Source: Clostridia bacterium
Lineage (GTDB): Bacteria; Bacillota; Clostridia; Oscillospirales; CAG-272
Assembly: GCA_017505745.1 (NCBI GenBank)
Contig: JAFVOP010000031.1
Span: 50,712 to 114,711 of the forward strand
Direction of reading: 5' to 3'
DNA length: 64,000 nt
Numbering within the stretch: the first letter of the stretch is position 1; each line of letters opens with the position of its first letter. The notes below the pieces were generated by a model, which was not told the DNA's origin, made no database searches, and worked only from the letters and a program-made list of their open reading frames with translations. This document shows, one piece after another, positions 34,573 through 44,719 of the stretch. The translations under genes and the position numbers were made by a program.

Positions 34573-35712
34573 ATGAAAATTCTACATATTAATTGTAACT
34601 ACTTGGGGACCGCACTTCATCAGATTATGATAGAGAAGCTGGATCAAAGGGGGGTGGAGAATCAGGTATTTGTTCCTATACATGATAAATATAAATCCGT
34701 AATAATTCCAAATGGGAATGTTTGTGTTTCCGAATGCTTTCGGAAATGGGACCGTTTCTTTTTCGACTTTAAGCAAAAGAAGATTCTTGAGGCAATAGAA
34801 CGAAGCGTAGATGTTTCGTGTTTTGATCTTATACATGCCTATACACTTTTTACTGATGGAAATTGTGCCAAACAATTGTCTGAAAAATATGGAATACCTT
34901 ATGTAGTGGCAGTTAGGAATACAGATGTAAATTATTTCTTTAAAAACCGGATATTTTTACGGAATCGGGGGATACGGATCCTCAATAAAGCGGAGATTGT
35001 GTTCTTTTTGTCGGAAGCATATCGTTCCAAAGTGATAGAAACATATGTGCCGCTGGATTGCCGAGAAGATGTTTTTCAAAAGAGCATTCTGGTTCCCAAT
35101 GGGATTGATGATTTTTGGTTTCAAAATTCTTTTAAAGAGTCCAAGTATATAAGGGACGAGAAGAATGTTCGTCTGGTTTATGTGGGCGATATTGATAAAA
35201 ACAAAAATATTACAACGACTCAGCGAGCGATGGGGATTCTTCGCCAAAAAGGCTATTGTCCCCATTTGACGGTGGTTGGAAGAGTAAAAGATAAGGATCT
35301 TTATCAAAAGATTTTGTCGGATGCCGATACAACATGTATTCCATTCATGAAAAAAACGCAACTGCTTGACCTATACCGCTCCAATGATATTTTTGTAATG
35401 CCGTCTATCCATGAAACTTTTGGATTAGTTTACGCAGAGGCTATGAGCCAGGCTCTTCCCGTCATTTATAGTAAAGGTCAGGGGTTTGACAAGCAGTTTC
35501 CGGATGGCGAGGTTGGGTACTCTGTTCAATCCCGTGATGCTGCTGATGTAGCAGAGGGCATTGAAAAAATTGTTCAAAATTACGATGCTATTTCTGCTCG
35601 TGCAGTGAAATCTATCGAGAAATTCAGATGGGCAGCTATTGTGGATGATTATGTGGCAACATACAAAAAATTGTTGTCTTGTAAAATGGTTGAAAGAGCG
35701 GAGTTATTATGA
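34573..35712 (+). CDS. GT-B (family 4-like) glycosyltransferase
   Basis: C-terminal ...FVMPSIHETFGLVYAEAMSQALPVIYS (E-x7-E type motif). Confidence 0.75.
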   Translation: MKILHINCNYLGTALHQIMIEKLDQRGVENQVFVPIHDKYKSVIIPNGNVCVSECFRKWDRFFFDFKQKKILEAIERSVDVSCFDLIHAYTLFTDGNCAKQLSEKYGIPYVVAVRNTDVNYFFKNRIFLRNRGIRILNKAEIVFFLSEAYRSKVIETYVPLDCREDVFQKSILVPNGIDDFWFQNSFKESKYIRDEKNVRLVYVGDIDKNKNITTTQRAMGILRQKGYCPHLTVVGRVKDKDLYQKILSDADTTCIPFMKKTQLLDLYRSNDIFVMPSIHETFGLVYAEAMSQALPVIYSKGQGFDKQFPDGEVGYSVQSRDAADVAEGIEKIVQNYDAISARAVKSIEKFRWAAIVDDYVATYKKLLSCKMVERAELL

Positions 35713-36494
35713 TCAAAATTACAAACAAAAAAGCAATATTAAACATCAATCATTTGCTATTTTATAATGGTGAAGATCTTTTCTCCTTGCCGAAGGGTGT
35801 AGTTTTTTACCACGGATTGAACGCGGCACATGTAGAAAAACTAAAAAAAAGACATTCTTTCCATCATGAGCGTGTGCAGTATACGTTAGTCCAAGATATT
35901 TCGGTGGATGAAGAGAAACTTTTTAGTGGATATACCAAAACTTATCAAAATGAAATTCGACGTTGTAGCCAAACAAAGGATATCAAATTTTTTACGAAAG
36001 TCATAAGCAGTGAAGAAAAAAGGCTGTTTGAGTTGTTTAAGCAGACTTATAATGCAATGTTCAATGACAAGCATATAGATATGAAATTCAATAGCCAGTA
36101 TCTTATTCACTTGGCTGAGAACAATTCGTTGGTGTATTCTGTTGCATATGTAAATGGAGCGCCCTCTGTTTTTCATGCATATATTGTGGATGGAGATAGG
36201 GCGCAACTCATGTATTCTACGTCAAATTTGAATGTGGATAAGCAGTTGCGAAACGAGATCGGCAGAAACAATAAAATGCTTCACCACGAGGATATTCTCT
36301 TTTTGAAAAACCGGGGGGTTTCCATCTTGGATTGGGGCGGAATTGGTGATGTCGAAAATCTGTCTGGTATTGCGAAATTTAAAATGGGGTTTGGTGGACA
36401 GGTTGACACGTGTTATCATCTGTTGGTTCCCAACAGTTTGCTTGGTATGTTTGTTGTTCAAGTATGGAAATTAAAGCATCGGAAGAAAAAATGA
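35709..36494 (+). CDS. FemAB-like / Acetyltransf_6-type acyl(aminoacyl)transferase
   Basis: C-terminal ...LHHEDILFLKNRGVSILDWGGIGDVENLSGIAKFKMGFGG resembles the FemX/FemAB-like GNAT-fold family. Assignment is by motif only. Confidence 0.5.
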   Translation: MIKITNKKAILNINHLLFYNGEDLFSLPKGVVFYHGLNAAHVEKLKKRHSFHHERVQYTLVQDISVDEEKLFSGYTKTYQNEIRRCSQTKDIKFFTKVISSEEKRLFELFKQTYNAMFNDKHIDMKFNSQYLIHLAENNSLVYSVAYVNGAPSVFHAYIVDGDRAQLMYSTSNLNVDKQLRNEIGRNNKMLHHEDILFLKNRGVSILDWGGIGDVENLSGIAKFKMGFGGQVDTCYHLLVPNSLLGMFVVQVWKLKHRKKK

Positions 36495-37225
36495 GTAATG
36501 TATTTTATGTAAACGCGGATGATTTTGGGTATTCAGCCCGTGTTAATGAGGCAATTGTTGCATGCTTCAACAAGAAAATTGTGAATCGGACCACCGTGAT
36601 GGTCAATATGCCTTCCTCAGAAAGTGCTCGTTTTTTGGCGAAAGAAAACGGTTTTTTGGATCGCGTGGGTTTGCATATTACTCTTACGGAGGGCCAGCCG
36701 ATTTTAGAGACAACGAGGACAAGTTTTCTTTGCGATAATACTGGATATTTTACAAAGGAAATCCGAAAAAGAAAATACCTTTTTTTCCTAACACCGGCAC
36801 AAAAACAGATTGTGGTGAGTGAAGTAGAAGCACAGATTCAGCGATATGTTTCTGACGGATATACGCTTATGCATGCCGATTCGCATCAGCATGTACACAC
36901 CAACCCGTCCGTTTATTTTGCGATTCGTCCATTATTGAAAAAACATGGATTTAAATCTGTTCGTATATCTCGCAATCTTTTTTCGAGTGTTGGACGAAGT
37001 GTATTAAAAGAACTTTATAAGCGGTTATTCAATACAATTGTAAAGAGGGATTTTAACCGTAAAAATTGTTTTATGGGAGCGATCAGTGAATATGAGGTGG
37101 CAAAGAACCTGGTGTTGAAGGGGGGAAATGTGGAAATCATGGTGCACCCGGATTATTGCAACGGAACTCTTGTTGATAAAACAAACAACATGAACATTGC
37201 TTTGGAGAATTACACGTTCATTTGA
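36491..37225 (+). CDS. YdjC/ChbG-family carbohydrate deacetylase
   Basis: MSNVFYVNADDFGYS...GLHITLTEG...MHADSHQHVH. ATGA overlap with the upstream gene. Confidence 0.75.
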   Translation: MSNVFYVNADDFGYSARVNEAIVACFNKKIVNRTTVMVNMPSSESARFLAKENGFLDRVGLHITLTEGQPILETTRTSFLCDNTGYFTKEIRKRKYLFFLTPAQKQIVVSEVEAQIQRYVSDGYTLMHADSHQHVHTNPSVYFAIRPLLKKHGFKSVRISRNLFSSVGRSVLKELYKRLFNTIVKRDFNRKNCFMGAISEYEVAKNLVLKGGNVEIMVHPDYCNGTLVDKTNNMNIALENYTFI

Positions 37226-37275
37226 TTGGCTGTTGTTCCATTTTTCTTTCATTGTGATGTTTAGGAGGACTGATT

Positions 37276-38343
37276 TTGGAATATTCAAAATTATTTTTCG
37301 TTCTTTTATTGCTTGTGCTGTTTTTGATTGCACGTGTTGCTGAAAAGAGAAATTCAAAATTTTTGTTATTTGTAATCTGTGTAGTTTTGTGCCTGTATTC
37401 TGGGTTGCGTCACATGACGGTGGGAATTGACACAAAAAACTATTACGAGATTATATACAATATCGATCAAGGGTATGGTGTATATACGAACGAAATTGTT
37501 TTTACAGGATTTTGCAAATGGATGATGGAGTTGTTTCATTCAATTCCGCTTATCATTTTCTTGATGTCATCGTTCACTTGTATTTTGTTTGTATTAAGAT
37601 TTTGGGAGTTGCGCGAGCGTTGTAGTTTTCCTTTCATGCTCTTGGTGTTTATGGGATGCTTTTTCTTGCGTTCCATGAATATTATGAGACAGTTTGTTGC
37701 GATCGCTGCCATTTTCTGGGGTACTAGATTTCTGGATCAGCGAAAATATATAAAATATATATTGACTCTTCTGCTGGCAGTATCATTCCACACCTCTGCC
37801 GTGATCGGTTTTGCTATTATGTTTGTATACCTGTTTCGCGACTATCAAAAATCGAAAAAAACAAGATGGATTTTAGGCATTTCTATTGTTCTGGCTCTAA
37901 TTGGAGGCGTTACACTTATTCAAGAAGTTTGGGATCAGTACGACCACTATTTCGAAGATCAAACGGTAGCGCTTGGATTGATGCCTGTTTATAAATTATT
38001 GATTTTTATCGCGACTTGTCTTTTGACCGGTGTTGCGCGCTCCCGCATCACCGTGCCGGAGAGGAGGGCCGCTGCGGAACTCGATAAAACTTCTTCGCTT
38101 TTATACTGTTTAGGTATATTGATTACCTGTTTAGGTTTTTTCTATCCGTTTATGGACAGAATCGGTTTGAGTTTACTGATGTTTGAAATCCCGTTTTGGG
38201 GTCAGGCAATAAAACTGAAGTCGTATCGCTTTTTCTTTGTATTGATGCCGCTGGTCTTTATCGTTTATGAGATTTATTTTCAGCTTTCGGGGAATGGGCT
38301 TGGTATCTTTCCGTATCATACGATTTTCTGGAGGGGATACTGA
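37276..38343 (+). CDS. EpsG-family polysaccharide polymerase (Wzy-like)
   Basis: About 10 hydrophobic helices. N-terminal ...LYSGLRHMTVGIDTKNYYEIY is typical of EpsG. TTG start 6 nt after AGGAGG. Confidence 0.7.
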   Translation: MEYSKLFFVLLLLVLFLIARVAEKRNSKFLLFVICVVLCLYSGLRHMTVGIDTKNYYEIIYNIDQGYGVYTNEIVFTGFCKWMMELFHSIPLIIFLMSSFTCILFVLRFWELRERCSFPFMLLVFMGCFFLRSMNIMRQFVAIAAIFWGTRFLDQRKYIKYILTLLLAVSFHTSAVIGFAIMFVYLFRDYQKSKKTRWILGISIVLALIGGVTLIQEVWDQYDHYFEDQTVALGLMPVYKLLIFIATCLLTGVARSRITVPERRAAAELDKTSSLLYCLGILITCLGFFYPFMDRIGLSLLMFEIPFWGQAIKLKSYRFFFVLMPLVFIVYEIYFQLSGNGLGIFPYHTIFWRGY

Positions 38344-39539
38344 TGGGAGAAAAAAAGAAAATCCTTCATATAACGGGCGTATTGCCGTTGCCACAATTTT
38401 TTGAGACCGAGTTCAAGGAAAAGGACAACGATTATTTGTTCGAGGTTTCTGACGAGTTAGAAACTCGTGGCTATCAGTTTTCATATATTCGTACGTGCGT
38501 TTATTCTAACTGTTTGTTGGCAAAATTAAAACCGAAGTGGAAAATCTATTCTAAGGTGCCGCGCGTTTATGAAGCTAAAGGGCATATGGTGAGGGCAATG
38601 TTTAATCTTACTTTGCCGGGTGCGTTTGGGCTTCCTCTCACTTCCAGGCTTTCCTTGGCACGATATCGCTCGGATTTGAAACAATATAAAGATTTTTCGC
38701 TGATCCATGCACAATACATTTATCCTGCAGGTCTTTATGCATATTATTTGCATCAGATATACAACATTCCGTATGTTCTTACTTTGAGAAGAGCAGATTT
38801 GCAATCCATAGAATCTCCTTTTACAAGGGGAACAACCAAGAAAATTTTGCAAAATGCTGCTTATATCACATGCCCCAGCTTTTCCCATGGAAAATTGTTG
38901 GAGGAAAAAAGCGGATATACTGTGCACCCCGTTTCTCATGGAATTCGAGAGTCCTTTCTTTTTTCTTCTGTTGATGTCAATAAAGTTCCTGTTATCAACG
39001 TGGTCGCTCGTCTTTACGGTTGGAAACGCATAGACCTTCTGTTGGATGCTTTAGCGGATGTGAAAGGAAAGTACACCTTGAATATCATTGGGGACGGAGA
39101 GTGCATGGACGATTTAAAAAGACAAGCTGAAAAAAATTCAATTCCCTGTGATTTTAAAGGATTCATTTCCAATACTGAGACGATTGATTATCTGAAAAGA
39201 GGGGATATTTTTGTTCTTCCCAGCGGTGAAGAAACGCTTGGACGAGCTTATTTAGAGGCATTGGCAACTAGCAATGCGGTAATTGGCGTGAAGAATTCTG
39301 GGGTTTGGGGTTATGTGGACGAGACGGCTATGTTGTTTATGGAAAAGGATTCGGTGGAATCTTTGCGAACTATTTTGCAGTCTCTTTTGGATAATCATGA
39401 ACAAATTGCCTCCTACAAGAAAAAAGGGTATGAAAGTGTAGCCAATGGATTTACTTGGAAAGCAATTGCCGATGAGTATGAAAAGTCCTATGAACAAGCA
39501 ATGATGAAAGAGGGCGAAGAATTTATAAGCCATGAATAA
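38343..39539 (+). CDS. GT-B (family 4-like) glycosyltransferase
   Basis: ...FVLPSGEETLGRAYLEALATSNAVIG (E-x7-E type motif). Confidence 0.7.
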   Translation: MGEKKKILHITGVLPLPQFFETEFKEKDNDYLFEVSDELETRGYQFSYIRTCVYSNCLLAKLKPKWKIYSKVPRVYEAKGHMVRAMFNLTLPGAFGLPLTSRLSLARYRSDLKQYKDFSLIHAQYIYPAGLYAYYLHQIYNIPYVLTLRRADLQSIESPFTRGTTKKILQNAAYITCPSFSHGKLLEEKSGYTVHPVSHGIRESFLFSSVDVNKVPVINVVARLYGWKRIDLLLDALADVKGKYTLNIIGDGECMDDLKRQAEKNSIPCDFKGFISNTETIDYLKRGDIFVLPSGEETLGRAYLEALATSNAVIGVKNSGVWGYVDETAMLFMEKDSVESLRTILQSLLDNHEQIASYKKKGYESVANGFTWKAIADEYEKSYEQAMMKEGEEFISHE

Positions 39540-40998
39540 TACAAATACAGATTTAAAGAAACGAGCATTGAGTGGTTTCGTGTGGAAATTTTCGGAACGC
39601 ATCGCTGCACAGATAGTTTCTTTGATTGTTACCATTGTACTTGCCCGGCTGTTGCTTCCAGAAGATTATAGTGTGGTTAGCATTGTAGCAGTCTTTTTTG
39701 CTTTTGCTGACGTACTTGTTTCTGGCGGCTTGAGTACAGCGCTGATTCAGAAAAAAGACGCAGACCGCTTGGATTATTCTACAATCTTGTACGTTAGTGT
39801 TGGAATTTCGCTGGTTATATACGGAGTCTTTTTTTTCGTTGCACCCTATGTTGCTCGGGTTTACGAGAAGGAGATTTTGGTGGCTGTTATTCGAGTGATG
39901 GGACTGGTTTTGATTCCTAACGCAATCAAGTCTATTCTCTGTGCCTATGTATCCAATTGTTTGGAATTTAAAAAATTCTTTTTTTCAACCATTGGCGGGA
40001 CAGTGATTTCCGGTGTTGTGGGGATTTTGATGGCAAAAGCTGGGCTTGGTCCCTGGGCGCTTGTTGTGCAACAGATGATTAACACGATTGTGGGTACGCT
40101 CATTTTGATTATTGTAACTCGTTTCAAACCAATGCTTGCTTTTTCGTGGGTGCGCTTAAAAGGCCTTTTTCAGTACGGCTGGAAAATATTCGCAACGAAC
40201 ATCATTGACACAATATATAATGAAATTAATCCGCTGATTGTTGGTCTTCGCTATACGCCTGTCGATCTTTCGTATTACTCGAAAGGTCAAAGCTTTCCTA
40301 AACTTATCAACACTACCATGTCGGATACATTTGCTTCTGTTTTGTTTCCAGTAATGTCCAAGGTGCAAGATGATAAGAATCAATTACTGAATATGACAAG
40401 GAGATTTATGCAAATCTCTACCTATTTCGTGTTTCCTATGATGGTGGGTTTTTTTGCTATTTCGGATAATTTTGTGAGCTCTGTTTTGACCGAAAAATGG
40501 ATGCCGGCATCGATGTATATCAGAATTTTTTGTTTAAGCGGAATGTTTACAATCGTTACAAAAGGCAATCTGCAGGTAATCAAAGCTTCCGGTAGAAGCG
40601 ACATTTTGCTTATTTTAGAAATCATTAAAAAAGTACTGTATTTTATTGTGATAGTATTGTTCGTTTTTTTTAGTGAAAGCCCAGAGATTTTCGCCCTTGC
40701 TTCTTTGATCAACAGTTTGATTGCTTTAATGGTTAATTGTATCCCGAATAGAACGCTGATCGGATATCGGTTTCGAAAACAGCTGAAAGATATTGTTCCC
40801 AATCTCTTATTAGCGTGTATCATGGGAGTGGCGGTCTATTTGATGAATTATATAAACCTAACCCCGCTTGTGTTGATGATTTTACAGATTCTTGTGGGTG
40901 GGTTGGTTTATCTTTTTATATCGGCTGTTTTTCGACCCATTGGATTTTTATTAGTTTTTCAATCGATGAAGGATTTTATTGCAAAGCGCAAAGGATAA
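39532..40998 (+). CDS. Wzx-type oligosaccharide flippase (MOP superfamily)
   Basis: 488 aa, about 12-14 TM helices. N-terminal ...LKKRALSGFVWKFSERIAAQIVSLIVTIVLARLL is typical of polysaccharide-biosynthesis flippases. Confidence 0.8.
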   Translation: MNNTNTDLKKRALSGFVWKFSERIAAQIVSLIVTIVLARLLLPEDYSVVSIVAVFFAFADVLVSGGLSTALIQKKDADRLDYSTILYVSVGISLVIYGVFFFVAPYVARVYEKEILVAVIRVMGLVLIPNAIKSILCAYVSNCLEFKKFFFSTIGGTVISGVVGILMAKAGLGPWALVVQQMINTIVGTLILIIVTRFKPMLAFSWVRLKGLFQYGWKIFATNIIDTIYNEINPLIVGLRYTPVDLSYYSKGQSFPKLINTTMSDTFASVLFPVMSKVQDDKNQLLNMTRRFMQISTYFVFPMMVGFFAISDNFVSSVLTEKWMPASMYIRIFCLSGMFTIVTKGNLQVIKASGRSDILLILEIIKKVLYFIVIVLFVFFSESPEIFALASLINSLIALMVNCIPNRTLIGYRFRKQLKDIVPNLLLACIMGVAVYLMNYINLTPLVLMILQILVGGLVYLFISAVFRPIGFLLVFQSMKDFIAKRKG

Positions 40999-41005
40999 TA
41001 GTTTT

Positions 41006-42292
41006 ATGAGTAAGGTAAAAGAACTTGTCAAAAAAAGCCTTGGCTATGTGCAGCGTCGCATTGCATCGCGAAATGTAACCAAGTTTCAAAAGAGGACAAG
41101 GAAAAGAGTTCAAAGAAAAGAAGCACTGAGCATCGTTTTTTTGATTCAGTTTCCGGAGATGTGGAATTCATATAAAACGATCTACGAGCATTTTTCTGCG
41201 CTGGGAAATGAGGTGTCCCTTTATATATTAGCGGTCCCAAAGCGAGTGAGTGTCGAAAACGGATATGGAACATTCTGTGAGAGAAATGAGGCGTTCGATT
41301 TTTTTAAAAAAAATGGAATTTCGGCAATTGATGCATACGGGAATGGCTCCTGGTTTCCTATTAAGAATTTGACCCCTGATTATATTTTTGTACAGCGTCC
41401 ATATGAGGCACATATGCCCAAGGAGTATTCTCTTTATCGGCTTTCCAAGGCGGGGACTGTGTGTTACGTTCCTTATGGGGGACGAATGACCAAGGGGATT
41501 CATTTGAGTTTGGAGTTTAATCACGCCTTGTTGAACAATGCCTATATGATTTTTGCAGACTGTACAGATAGTTACAATTACATATTAAATAATCCTGGGG
41601 TAAAAAAACGAAAAGTATTTGATATTGGATATCCGCGGTTTGATTTAATCGAATCTCCGGATCGTAAGATTGAAAAGCCGGTCCAAACATTTCTATGGAC
41701 CCCGCGATGGGCGTATGATCAGGTTACTGGGTACGGTCACTTTTTAGATTATTTCGAATGCTTAATGCTGTACTTTGAAACTCATAAGGATTTTAGACTA
41801 ATTATTCGTCCACATCCGTTGATGTTCCCGAATTTTATTCAGAAGGGATTGCTTTCCAATGAGGAATATCAAGGAATCCAAAAAAGGGTGACAGAGGCTA
41901 TCAACGTATCTTTTGATGAAAATGCGGATTACCTAATTACGTTTAAAGAGAGCGATGCATTGATTTCGGATGGATCATCGCTCCTTTTGGAATATTTTGT
42001 GACCGGAAAACCTATTTTGTGTTGCATGTCTTGTTTTGAAGATCCAACTGAAATAACTCAACGGCTCCAAGAGTGTTTTTACACGATATCTAATGCAGAT
42101 CAGCTTATGGAGGCGATTGTTCATATTACAGAAAATGATGACTATAGGGTTGAACAACGTATAGCACTGATTAAAAAAATCAAGCATGGAAGTTTTCAGA
42201 TCGGTAGGGCAATTGTAAAAGAAATTCTTGAGGATGCAACCGCTGAAAAAATTATGGAGGCGTATGATTATGAGCGAAGTAAAGGTGATTGA
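41006..42292 (+). CDS. TagB/TagF-family CDP-alditol phosphotransferase-like protein
   Basis: ...FLWTPRW...IRPHP...SDALISDGSSLLLEYFVTGKPIL resembles the CDP-glycerol glycerophosphotransferase family C-terminal domain. Confidence 0.6.
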   Translation: MSKVKELVKKSLGYVQRRIASRNVTKFQKRTRKRVQRKEALSIVFLIQFPEMWNSYKTIYEHFSALGNEVSLYILAVPKRVSVENGYGTFCERNEAFDFFKKNGISAIDAYGNGSWFPIKNLTPDYIFVQRPYEAHMPKEYSLYRLSKAGTVCYVPYGGRMTKGIHLSLEFNHALLNNAYMIFADCTDSYNYILNNPGVKKRKVFDIGYPRFDLIESPDRKIEKPVQTFLWTPRWAYDQVTGYGHFLDYFECLMLYFETHKDFRLIIRPHPLMFPNFIQKGLLSNEEYQGIQKRVTEAINVSFDENADYLITFKESDALISDGSSLLLEYFVTGKPILCCMSCFEDPTEITQRLQECFYTISNADQLMEAIVHITENDDYRVEQRIALIKKIKHGSFQIGRAIVKEILEDATAEKIMEAYDYERSKGD

Positions 42293-43109
42293 GGGGGCTG
42301 ATTTCAGAAAAATGCAATTGCTCCAGGTCGAAATGCTTGTAGAGCTTGACCGCGTGTGTCGCGCAAACCACATTAAGTATCAAATTTGGGCAGGAACGCT
42401 TTTGGGAGCGGTTCGACATAAGGGTTATATCCCGTGGGATGACGATGCCGACGTGGTGATGCTTCGAGAGGAGTATGAAAAATTTAAGAAGTGTATTGAT
42501 CAACTGAATCCGGACATTTGCTTTTATCAGGATCATGAAACAGATCCCGAGTACAGATGGGGTTATGCTAAGTTAAGAAGAACGGGAACTACCTATGTGA
42601 GACTTGGACAGGAGCACATTAAGTGTCAGACTGGTGTGTTCATCGATATATTCCCATTGGATGATGTTCCACGAACAACATTGGGACAAATGTTACAGGA
42701 TTTTCATTGTTTTATTCTCAGAAAAATCTTATGGTCGGAAGTTGGAAAATACCAGGAACACGGGCTGTTAAAGTGGTGGTATACACTACTTTCGAAAATT
42801 CCGGTACGGTTTGTTTTCAAGCAACTTGATTTTTATGCCAAAAAGAGTAGCAATCATTCACCCAATATGGTAAGAACACTTTGCTATACGTCGATTGGTA
42901 AACTTTACCGTAAGCATCCGATTAAGCAACGATACGGTATGCCAAAGCGATGGTTTACTAATCTTGAAACCTTTGAGTTTGAAGGTAGAATGTTTTGGGG
43001 CTTGAAGGATTACGATGAGTATCTTACTTTTTCCTTCGGCGATTATATGCAACTTCCCCCGGAAGACAAACGGGTACAGCATGCTCCTGTTTCAGACTAT
43101 AAATTTTAG
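42270..43109 (+). CDS. LicD-family phosphotransferase
   Basis: ...LLGAVRHKGYIPWDDDADVVM...FIDIFPLD. Confidence 0.8.
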   Translation: MSEVKVIEGADFRKMQLLQVEMLVELDRVCRANHIKYQIWAGTLLGAVRHKGYIPWDDDADVVMLREEYEKFKKCIDQLNPDICFYQDHETDPEYRWGYAKLRRTGTTYVRLGQEHIKCQTGVFIDIFPLDDVPRTTLGQMLQDFHCFILRKILWSEVGKYQEHGLLKWWYTLLSKIPVRFVFKQLDFYAKKSSNHSPNMVRTLCYTSIGKLYRKHPIKQRYGMPKRWFTNLETFEFEGRMFWGLKDYDEYLTFSFGDYMQLPPEDKRVQHAPVSDYKF

Positions 43110-43118
43110 GAGTCATTC

Positions 43119-43616
43119 ATGAATTTGTATTTAAGGCAGCTATCTGTAGATGATGGCAAAGATGTTTATGCTATGCTTAAGGATATTGAAGAAGTGGAAA
43201 ATTCGTTTACGAATCCTGTTAAACAGATGTCATATGCGCAGTATCGTGAATGGTTAATTCAACAGGATAATTGGCATAGGGGTGTCAATCTTCCGGATGG
43301 CTACAGTGCTCAAACCATATACTGGTTGATGATGGACGAAATCCCCGTTGGAATTGGAAAGATTCGTCATCGTTTGACTGAAAGTTCAAGAATCAACGGT
43401 GGAAATATTGGATATGCCATTGCAACTGCTTATCGATGTCGTGGATTGGGAACGGAGCTTTTGCGATTACTGTTGAAAAAAGCCAAGCAAATTTCATGTT
43501 CGGAAATCCTGTTAACTGTAGACAAAAATAATTTTGCTTCCAGAAGTGTAATTGAAAAAAATGGAGGCAGGTTTATAAAAGAAGATGACCAAAGGTGGTT
43601 TTTTTCTGTTTACTAA
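43119..43616 (+). CDS. GNAT-family N-acetyltransferase
   Basis: ...GYAIATAYRCRGLGTELLRLLLKKA (acetyl-CoA binding R-x-x-G-x-G motif). Confidence 0.75.
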   Translation: MNLYLRQLSVDDGKDVYAMLKDIEEVENSFTNPVKQMSYAQYREWLIQQDNWHRGVNLPDGYSAQTIYWLMMDEIPVGIGKIRHRLTESSRINGGNIGYAIATAYRCRGLGTELLRLLLKKAKQISCSEILLTVDKNNFASRSVIEKNGGRFIKEDDQRWFFSVY

Positions 43617-43643
43617 TTTTTTAATGTAGAGGTTTGAATTATT

Positions 43644-44702
43644 ATGTATTATTTGGATGTTAAAATTGAGAAGTTGCATCGTGTTTTTGATCAACATGAG
43701 AGAAAAGATTATTTGAGATTGGATCTGAATGAAAATCCGGGGGGGCTTCCTCAGGAATTTATTGATGAGGTGCTTACGGGAATTACTCCTCAGTTTGTTG
43801 CACAGTATCCAGAAACACTTCACTTTACAGAGGTTTTGTCAAATCATCTTGGAACAGATATTTCCAATTTGTGTCTAGTAAATGGTTCTGCGGAAGGAAT
43901 TAGATATATTATTCAGGCTTTTACTTCAAAAAACGGTAGAATTGTTGGAGTTGTTCCCTCTTATTTTATGTTCCAAATATATTCCGAAATGTACGATAGA
44001 AATTTTGTAAAGGTTCCTTACGAAGAGGATCTGTCTATGAATATTGATAAAATAATTGCTGAACTTACTGAAGAAACACAGCTTTTAATTCTTTTGAACC
44101 CAAACAATCCTATGGGAAATGTCTACACGGAAGATGAGTTTGAAAAAATAATGACTGTTGCCAGAGAAAAGCATGTTACTGTTTTGGTTGATGAGGCATA
44201 TCATTATTTCTATCCTAAAACATTTATTCGCTATGCACTACAGGAGGAACATGTATTTATTACTCGAACTTTCTCCAAGTTGTTTTCACTCGCGGGTTGT
44301 CGCTTGGGATATGTTGTTGGCTGGGCAGAAGGAATAAAGATGGTGCAAAAAATGTGCACGCCGCATAATACCAACGCCTTTGCAATGAAGTTTGCTGAGA
44401 AGATTTTGACTACTCCTGGAATGTTGGAATCCTTGATTTCGAAATTCGAGCAGGGGAGAAGGTTTTTGATTGATACATTGGATGCAAATGGATATGAGCA
44501 TAAGGGTGAAACTGGAAACTTTATATTTATCAAAACCAATACCGATGCACAACAAATCGTGGAGCGAATGAAGGAAGAAAAGAAAATTTTGATAAAGGCG
44601 TATTCGAATGTAGGTAAGTTTGGAACCTGTTTGCGTGTTTCGATCGGCGAACCGCAATTTATGAAACGATTTACCGATGCACTTTTTGAACTTGACCGCT
44701 AA
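43644..44702 (+). CDS. Class I/II PLP aminotransferase-fold enzyme (HisC / CobD-like)
   Basis: LRLDLNENP..., LLNPNNPMG, ITRTFSKLFSLAGCRLGY (PLP-binding Lys). Confidence 0.75.
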   Translation: MYYLDVKIEKLHRVFDQHERKDYLRLDLNENPGGLPQEFIDEVLTGITPQFVAQYPETLHFTEVLSNHLGTDISNLCLVNGSAEGIRYIIQAFTSKNGRIVGVVPSYFMFQIYSEMYDRNFVKVPYEEDLSMNIDKIIAELTEETQLLILLNPNNPMGNVYTEDEFEKIMTVAREKHVTVLVDEAYHYFYPKTFIRYALQEEHVFITRTFSKLFSLAGCRLGYVVGWAEGIKMVQKMCTPHNTNAFAMKFAEKILTTPGMLESLISKFEQGRRFLIDTLDANGYEHKGETGNFIFIKTNTDAQQIVERMKEEKKILIKAYSNVGKFGTCLRVSIGEPQFMKRFTDALFELDR

Positions 44703-44719
44703 AAAAATAGGAGGCCCCT

